Shown piece by piece: positions 60,201 to 64,000 of a DNA stretch of 64,000 nucleotides. Made by a program: the position numbers and the translations under genes. The notes below the pieces were generated by a model. That model was not told the DNA's origin. It was given only the letters and a program-made list of their open reading frames with translations, and made no database searches. The DNA is from an uncultured virus (IMG/VR IMGVR_UViG_3300006116_000009) (taxonomy: Duplodnaviria > Heunggongvirae > Uroviricota > Caudoviricetes): IMG/VR virus record IMGVR_UViG_3300006116_000009. One strand, 5' to 3'. Positions within the stretch are counted from its first letter, which is position 1. Every line of letters starts with the position of its first letter.

Positions 60201-60772
60201 CCGCCGAACAGTTGGTTGCTATTTCCACCTTGAAGCAGTTAGCCGCCAAAGCCAAAATGGAAGCCGCCCGTGAATGGATTGACAACTTTGTAGATGGCGA
60301 TAAGAAGTTGGTGGTGTTTGGTTGGCACCGTTCAGTCGTAAATGAAATTGCCGACAACTTTAGCAACGGCGTGAAAATTCAAGGTGGGCTAACCCCCGAA
60401 AAGCGTCAAGAAGCCGTGGACGCATTCCAAAACGACGACAAACAAAAAGTGATTGCTTGCAATATCAAAGCCGCTGGGGTTGGACTTACGCTAACTGCCG
60501 CTAGTGATGTGTTGTTCCTCGAGCAAGGGTGGACACCAAGTGACATGGAACAAGCAGTAGACCGTTGCCACCGTATCGGTCAGCAAGACAGCGTGACTGG
60601 TTGGCTTATGTTGTGCGCTAACACCATTGACGAAGACATTGCCGTACTGATTGACAACAAGCGTTCTATCGTAGACCGTGCCATTGACGGGTCAAATGAT
60701 GACGAAGAAGAAGCACGTTCTATTGTGGGCGACTTGTTGGTAAGTCTGGCAGAACGTGGACTAAATCGGTAA
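57287..60772 (+). CDS. SNF2/SMARCAL1(HARP)-like helicase/ATPase containing an intein
   Basis: Repeated F.Y.....IR......W.....W HARP-like domains; DEMGLGK/T; DESH; LSGTP; GVGLTLT; QAVDRCHRIGQ. Confidence 0.9.
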   Translation: MPSYPLLANAVRALANQDDGAVRRDGVGFNGGDTKFGNRLAQVPDEAWSPEMALEAWQMLGKYREQLQRIGIDFSKVPEPIVSEKSKAIARGVKAVDIRNNHVVVFIPYGEPLYPKVPLTAVWNRDIKGWVVAKEKYGAVLGWAEKNKVPVSDRAKEFLGKVPPIENAKWNGEVVLEKGQLVIRFDYNVEILDSVRSLSQRHYNAEDKTWSTPKENVMAVKELAAKHQLFLTEDVKRLHGEEIKPCPKIGVLHDKFAITFNYQSNMVSEIRQMPGSVWSPDERVWVIPVESVQEVRDFVTKHEVEISKDAELLFIEADTVAEIIESSQAHDADIDIKGFGDEQYKLFPFQRAGVAYAMQAMGYEHHEGEWKQNTPTTGGVLVGDEMGLGKAQVHGTKVLTPKGWTNIENLSVGDEVIGSNGHATKVTGVFPRGEMDVFTVGFNDGSTLDVSGDHLWAVQSVQNGYRKPDEWQVRDTNYLAENLIDGAGNSKWKIPLVQPVYFEGNEPLPIDPYLLGVLLGDGCLGGASISVTSADEFIIEEVKKRIPEGMGMTKHGEYDYRLVSPRAGLPNELGRTLSKLGLRLGSGEKFIPEMYLRSTPENRLALLRGLMDTDGFAGKDGTNEFVSISKDLADGVTELVQSLGGVVRRSTKQPTKNGADYGQLAYRVNIKLMDCPFFMPRKANDWVKPTKYPPNRNIKSITPNGRGQVTCIAVEAQDHLYVTEHYLVTHNTPQGLAIVKAANAFPAVIVVPASLKLNWEREAKRWIKGVKVAVLGGTTGEVPEAEIYVINYDVLTHWVDKFPHIKALVLDESHYIKNGSAQRSKACVRLSDKVVEGGIRVCLSGTPIVNQPTEIITQLRVINRLDEFGGATKFRNTYGSASGRSLAALNRKLRSTCYVRRRKADVLTELPPKRWSQVFVEGNAKVMKEYREAEADIVNYLADLAREIALESGATDKEAQNEAWRKALKARAAEQLVAISTLKQLAAKAKMEAAREWIDNFVDGDKKLVVFGWHRSVVNEIADNFSNGVKIQGGLTPEKRQEAVDAFQNDDKQKVIACNIKAAGVGLTLTAASDVLFLEQGWTPSDMEQAVDRCHRIGQQDSVTGWLMLCANTIDEDIAVLIDNKRSIVDRAIDGSNDDEEEARSIVGDLLVSLAERGLNR
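58457..59479 (+). mobile_element. Class 3 intein with LAGLIDADG homing endonuclease (341 aa)
   Basis: Inserted in Walker A (GLGK|AQVHGT...VTHN|T); starts with Ala; W (HLW), C (VTCIAV), T (VTHN) signature; LLGVLLGDG and LLRGLMDTDG motifs. Confidence 0.9.
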
Positions 60773-60997
60773 TTACTTACCGGAAATGCTTAGGGCGTAA
60801 GTCGTAGCCTGTTGCGCCCTAGCCTTTAGCAACGGGGCATCAGGACTACCATTCGCCTGTGACACGGCAAGTCGTTTCCAAAGTTCGCTGGCATCAGCAA
60901 GGGCTTTAGCAATACGGGCGTACTGCGAAGAAGCGTATTCTTCACCCTCAAAACGGTCAGTCAGCAGGGCGCTGGTAGTGAAATCAGGCGTTGGCAA
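60773..60997 (-). CDS. Small protein with F[ST]TxxL leader
   Basis: AGGAGG SD before TTG; MPTPDFTTSALL...IAKA. Confidence 0.65.
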   Translation of the reverse strand: MPTPDFTTSALLTDRFEGEEYASSQYARIAKALADASELWKRLAVSQANGSPDAPLLKARAQQATTYALSISGK

Positions 60998-61400
60998 CGG
61001 AGCCTCCTGTGGTCACACCCGTCACGGGGGTCGAGTCGTTCATCACCATAGCATTTGCCGATTGCGAAGCGTCAGCAGCAGCCTGAGTTGCCCCTCGAGC
61101 GTTCAGCCCGTCAGTTTTGGAATTCTCGGTTGCTGCGTGTTCGTGCAAGTCAGCAGCGTGGTTATTCATTTCGGCATACTTGGGGTTGGTCTTGGCAAAT
61201 GCTTGCGCCACCTTACGGTGTTCCTCCGCCAATCGCAAGTGCGTTTCTTTCCTAGCCTTCATGTCTTGTTTGCTAGAAATGTTGTGGGCATCAGTAGCCA
61301 ACAACGCCAACTTTTGCCCTTCAGCAGTGTGGCGTGGCAAGGCGTGGTTCTTTGGATACCGAGACTTACCCTTGAGTAATGCTTCGGTAGTGAAATCCAT
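60984..61400 (-). CDS. His/Ala-rich helical protein with leader
   Basis: MDFTTEALLKG; H..LA.EH...HAA.LH..AA. Confidence 0.75.
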   Translation of the reverse strand: MDFTTEALLKGKSRYPKNHALPRHTAEGQKLALLATDAHNISSKQDMKARKETHLRLAEEHRKVAQAFAKTNPKYAEMNNHAADLHEHAATENSKTDGLNARGATQAAADASQSANAMVMNDSTPVTGVTTGGSVANA

Positions 61401-61954
61401 TAGTACCCAGTGGCAAATAAGGCTTCGTTGTACCCTTGACGTGACATAACAAACGCACGGTGGCTAGCAAGCCAAGCGTCCTTGATAGGGCTGTCCCAAT
61501 CGGGAATACGAATGTTGTCACGGTCAGAATTGGAATTCTGGTGGCGATTGTCAGTACTGAAATCCACAGCCTGTGGACTACCAGCGACGTTCTGCATACA
61601 AACCTTTGACGCTTGCAAGTGTGCGCCGTAAGCATCACCATGTGCCGAAACAGCCTTGACGTTGCTAGCAGGGTTGGCGTTCTTCATGTCTTGCGCAAGT
61701 TGGTAGTGGGCTTGCGCCAAGGCATTGTGTAGTTGCGCCATGCTGGTGTAGTCATCAGCACTAAGGGGGGCAGACTGACCAAAATGTGCCGATTCTTGTT
61801 GGTCGGAAATCAACCCAGCCTGACGGTACAAATCAGCGGAACGAAGGGCAAAAGGGTTGTTAGTAGCCATACCAGCAGGGGTAAACGAAGGTAGATAGTT
61901 GAAGTCACTGGAACCCTTTGTAATGTTTTCTGGTGAAAAACGGTTATTGTTCAC
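61400..61954 (-). CDS. His/Ala-rich helical protein with leader
   Basis: GGAAGG SD; MNNNRFSPENITKG; HNALAQAH...AHGDAYGAH. Confidence 0.75.
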   Translation of the reverse strand: MNNNRFSPENITKGSSDFNYLPSFTPAGMATNNPFALRSADLYRQAGLISDQQESAHFGQSAPLSADDYTSMAQLHNALAQAHYQLAQDMKNANPASNVKAVSAHGDAYGAHLQASKVCMQNVAGSPQAVDFSTDNRHQNSNSDRDNIRIPDWDSPIKDAWLASHRAFVMSRQGYNEALFATGY

Positions 61955-62003
61955 GGATTTCCTTCCCTGCGTATCGCTACAAATCTACACCCACATTTAG
62001 AAA

Positions 62004-62846
62004 TTAGTCAGTTCGCACTTGCTTTAGGGCTTCGTTCTTTGCCTTATCAGCCTGCTGTGACATTTCCAATGCGTTTTGTGATGCTTTTTTGTTATTTCCA
62101 TACGTAACGTCAGCCTGTGGTTTCCAACCACCCTCGACTTTGGAAGTGGAATAAGCGTTCTGGTCTGCGGCGTTCCCTGCGGTGAAATGGGCTTGTGCCG
62201 CTTGACGGTTGATAACGGCAGCGTTAGTTAGGGTGCGTGATAAATCATTTTCACCACCGCCATTATTGGCACGGGCAATAGACGCTTGTAGTTCTAGCCC
62301 TTCGGCAACACCACGATGTTCGTGTGCCAAAGTCCAATGGACACCAGCAATAGCCTTTAGGTTGGGGTGTGGATTGGTCACGGGGGTGTCGTAGTACCCA
62401 AGTACCTGTTCGGCATCAGGGGCAAGGTCAGGGTCAATAAATTGCCCCTTGTTGATTACTGCTTGGTTGGCGGCATTCGTAAAATTGGCAGCCCGTGACG
62501 AATACTGTTGGGCTTTTTGCGAAGTTAGGGCATTGGAAGCAATTGAATTACCCGTGACGGGGCGAATGGCGTTTATTTCACTAGCCGCATCGTCGTGGGC
62601 TTGCGCTGCTTCCAAATGTGCTTGTTTAGCCTTACCAGACGGTAACTTGCTAGCAATAGCCCTATGTTCACTAGCAATCTTGCGGTGTGTTTTCACCGTG
62701 TTGGGCAAATCATCTTCCAGCGTTTCCCGAAGCCCATTGGCTTGACCAGAAAGGGCTGCTGACTGTTGGTTTATCCCAACGCCTAGTTTGGAAACGGGAT
62801 ACCGTGACAGCGACTTTAGAAGTTCTGAGGTAGAAAACCCAGACAT
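62004..62846 (-). CDS. His/Ala-rich helical protein with leader and two internal repeats
   Basis: MSGFSTSELLKS; H..[IL]A.EHR..A...AAQAH twice, separated by INKG. Confidence 0.8.
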   Translation of the reverse strand: MSGFSTSELLKSLSRYPVSKLGVGINQQSAALSGQANGLRETLEDDLPNTVKTHRKIASEHRAIASKLPSGKAKQAHLEAAQAHDDAASEINAIRPVTGNSIASNALTSQKAQQYSSRAANFTNAANQAVINKGQFIDPDLAPDAEQVLGYYDTPVTNPHPNLKAIAGVHWTLAHEHRGVAEGLELQASIARANNGGGENDLSRTLTNAAVINRQAAQAHFTAGNAADQNAYSTSKVEGGWKPQADVTYGNNKKASQNALEMSQQADKAKNEALKQVRTD

Positions 62847-63295
62847 TAGTACTTCTTACTGCGATACGCCCCTACGCCACCAGCGCCAGCGTCAGGAATA
62901 CCGTTTTCGTGGTCGTACTTTTCTGCTTCCCACGTTGCCTTAGCAGCCTTACGTGGCGTAAAGTGGGTCACTTTTTCAGCAGGGGTAGTCTTTCGCTCCC
63001 CAGCACCACCAGATGAAATAAAGTGTTCGAGAAATGCCTTGCGATGCAGTGCTTCACCAACTTTGTCGCCACGAACACGGGCTGCGACTTCGGCGGATTT
63101 GTGATGTGACAGCATGATGTCATGCTGACGTTCAAATTCGCCAGCCTGCTTAGCGTTAAAGTTCGGCATTGAGTCTTTGTCATCAGAAATACTTTGCGCC
63201 TTGTCAGTCCACTGATTTCCCTCAAATGGGTGACCGACCACAGCCCCCTTTGTCAAGGGATATAAAAGACCGTTGGTAGAAAAGTCATGCGTCAT
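62846..63295 (-). CDS. GHPFxGNQ-family protein
   Basis: MTHDFSTNGLLYPLTKG-AVVGHPFEGNQWT. Confidence 0.8.
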   Translation of the reverse strand: MTHDFSTNGLLYPLTKGAVVGHPFEGNQWTDKAQSISDDKDSMPNFNAKQAGEFERQHDIMLSHHKSAEVAARVRGDKVGEALHRKAFLEHFISSGGAGERKTTPAEKVTHFTPRKAAKATWEAEKYDHENGIPDAGAGGVGAYRSKKY

Positions 63296-63350
63296 AAAAC
63301 AAGGATACCAACGAATACCAAAATCCTAAATGTGGTTTATTATGGGCGGT

Positions 63351-63884
63351 ATGACTAGCAACCCTTTCTCCACCGAAAACCTTGTTCCTACTTGGGCGGT
63401 CGCTAGTGAAATCTTGAAAGGCGACACACAAGGACACCCATTTCGAGGCAATCAGTTCACCCACGCCGATGCCATTGACATGGAAAAGGACGCTCAGCAG
63501 TCGCTTGACGAGGGACACAAGAACTACGTAAGCGCCGACGATTACGAGGGTGAAGATGACACCACAGTCCCCTACGGCGACACGTATGTTTCTCTCGGCG
63601 GAGGCGGCGCATGGGAGGGTCACAACGACGATGTAGCCGAAAACGCTAGAAAATTTGAGGACGCCGCCGGTGGTTTTAGGGACGCTGCTGAAATTCACTT
63701 GGGGTTGGCTTCTCGAGCGACGAACGCCAATGACGCTATTTTCCACACCAACGAAGCGCACCGCCTAAATCGAGCCGCTGATAGTGCGGAAGAATACATG
63801 GACGACCAAAATGACCAAAAAGTTTCTGACCCAGATGAACCTACTTTTGACCCACCAGATTACGACTACGACCCCTACTACTAA
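63351..63884 (+). CDS. GHPFxGNQ-family acidic protein
   Basis: MTSNPFSTENLVPTW...ILKG-DTQGHPFRGNQFT. Confidence 0.8.
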   Translation: MTSNPFSTENLVPTWAVASEILKGDTQGHPFRGNQFTHADAIDMEKDAQQSLDEGHKNYVSADDYEGEDDTTVPYGDTYVSLGGGGAWEGHNDDVAENARKFEDAAGGFRDAAEIHLGLASRATNANDAIFHTNEAHRLNRAADSAEEYMDDQNDQKVSDPDEPTFDPPDYDYDPYY

Positions 63885-63899
63885 GTAGTGAAATAACTA

Positions 63900-64000
63900 A
63901 TGACAAATCCATTTGACACAAACAATCTTGTTCCTACGTGGTCTAATACTGGAAAAATCTTGAAGGGCGACTTTAACGGACACCCTTTCCATGGAAACCA
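63900..64000 (+). CDS. GHPFxGNQ-family protein, truncated by the window end
   Basis: Manual translation MTNPFDTNNLVPTWSNTGKILKGDFNGHPFHGN(Q); not in the ORF track. Confidence 0.8.
   Translation, partial: MTNPFDTNNLVPTWSNTGKILKGDFNGHPFHGN

Larger units (their letters stand above)
17..63894. repeat. Dispersed 9-bp motif TAGTGAAAT (>=32 exact copies, both strands)
   Basis: Counted by eye; positions are listed in the findings. Confidence 0.9.

Noticed and set aside
60976..61396. TAGTGAAAT as merely a by-product of the DFTT leader or VVKS cleavage peptide
   Set aside because: True for a few copies, but the motif also occurs in other frames and in intergenic DNA, so protein coding alone cannot explain it
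1..64000. tRNA/tmRNA genes, integrase, terminase, portal, alternative genetic code
   Set aside because: No cloverleaf/T-loop signature or corresponding protein motifs recognised; genes are intact in the standard code using all three stops; the missing genes may lie outside the window

Overview
The window is most of the genome of a tailed dsDNA phage (siphovirus-type tail). The host is probably actinobacterial, judged from leaderless promoters, an Rpf-like transglycosylase, a GGGAAAA tail-chaperone frameshift and a class 3 intein. Terminase, portal and a clear prohead protease are not visible, and ORFs run off both ends. Order: a multi-domain, probably head-associated protein (1-2.5 kb); accessory/regulatory genes with an unexplained structured RNA (2.6-7.4 kb); scaffold, decoration and major capsid genes (7.5-10 kb); a collagen-like fibre plus glycosyltransferase (11-20 kb); neck, tail tube, chaperone, tape measure, a 4415-aa tail-tip protein and holins (20-47 kb); leftward early genes including Gam (47.5-49.6 kb); recombination/replication genes with an iteron origin (49.8-60.8 kb); and a cluster of small His/Ala-rich proteins (60.8-64 kb). 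Four signals stand out. (1) A dispersed protein family shares an N-terminal F[STD][TP]xx[LI] leader, K-[GSA] putative cleavage sites and a GH[PT]FxGNQ motif, suggesting a capsid-targeting/internal-protein system. (2) The 9-mer TAGTGAAAT occurs at least 32 times, with an orientation switch near the origin. (3) A ~380-nt highly base-paired RNA has its own consensus promoter and terminator. (4) Tandem NrdR-box-like operators lie upstream of the replication initiator. All calls come from reading the sequence by eye; no searches were run.
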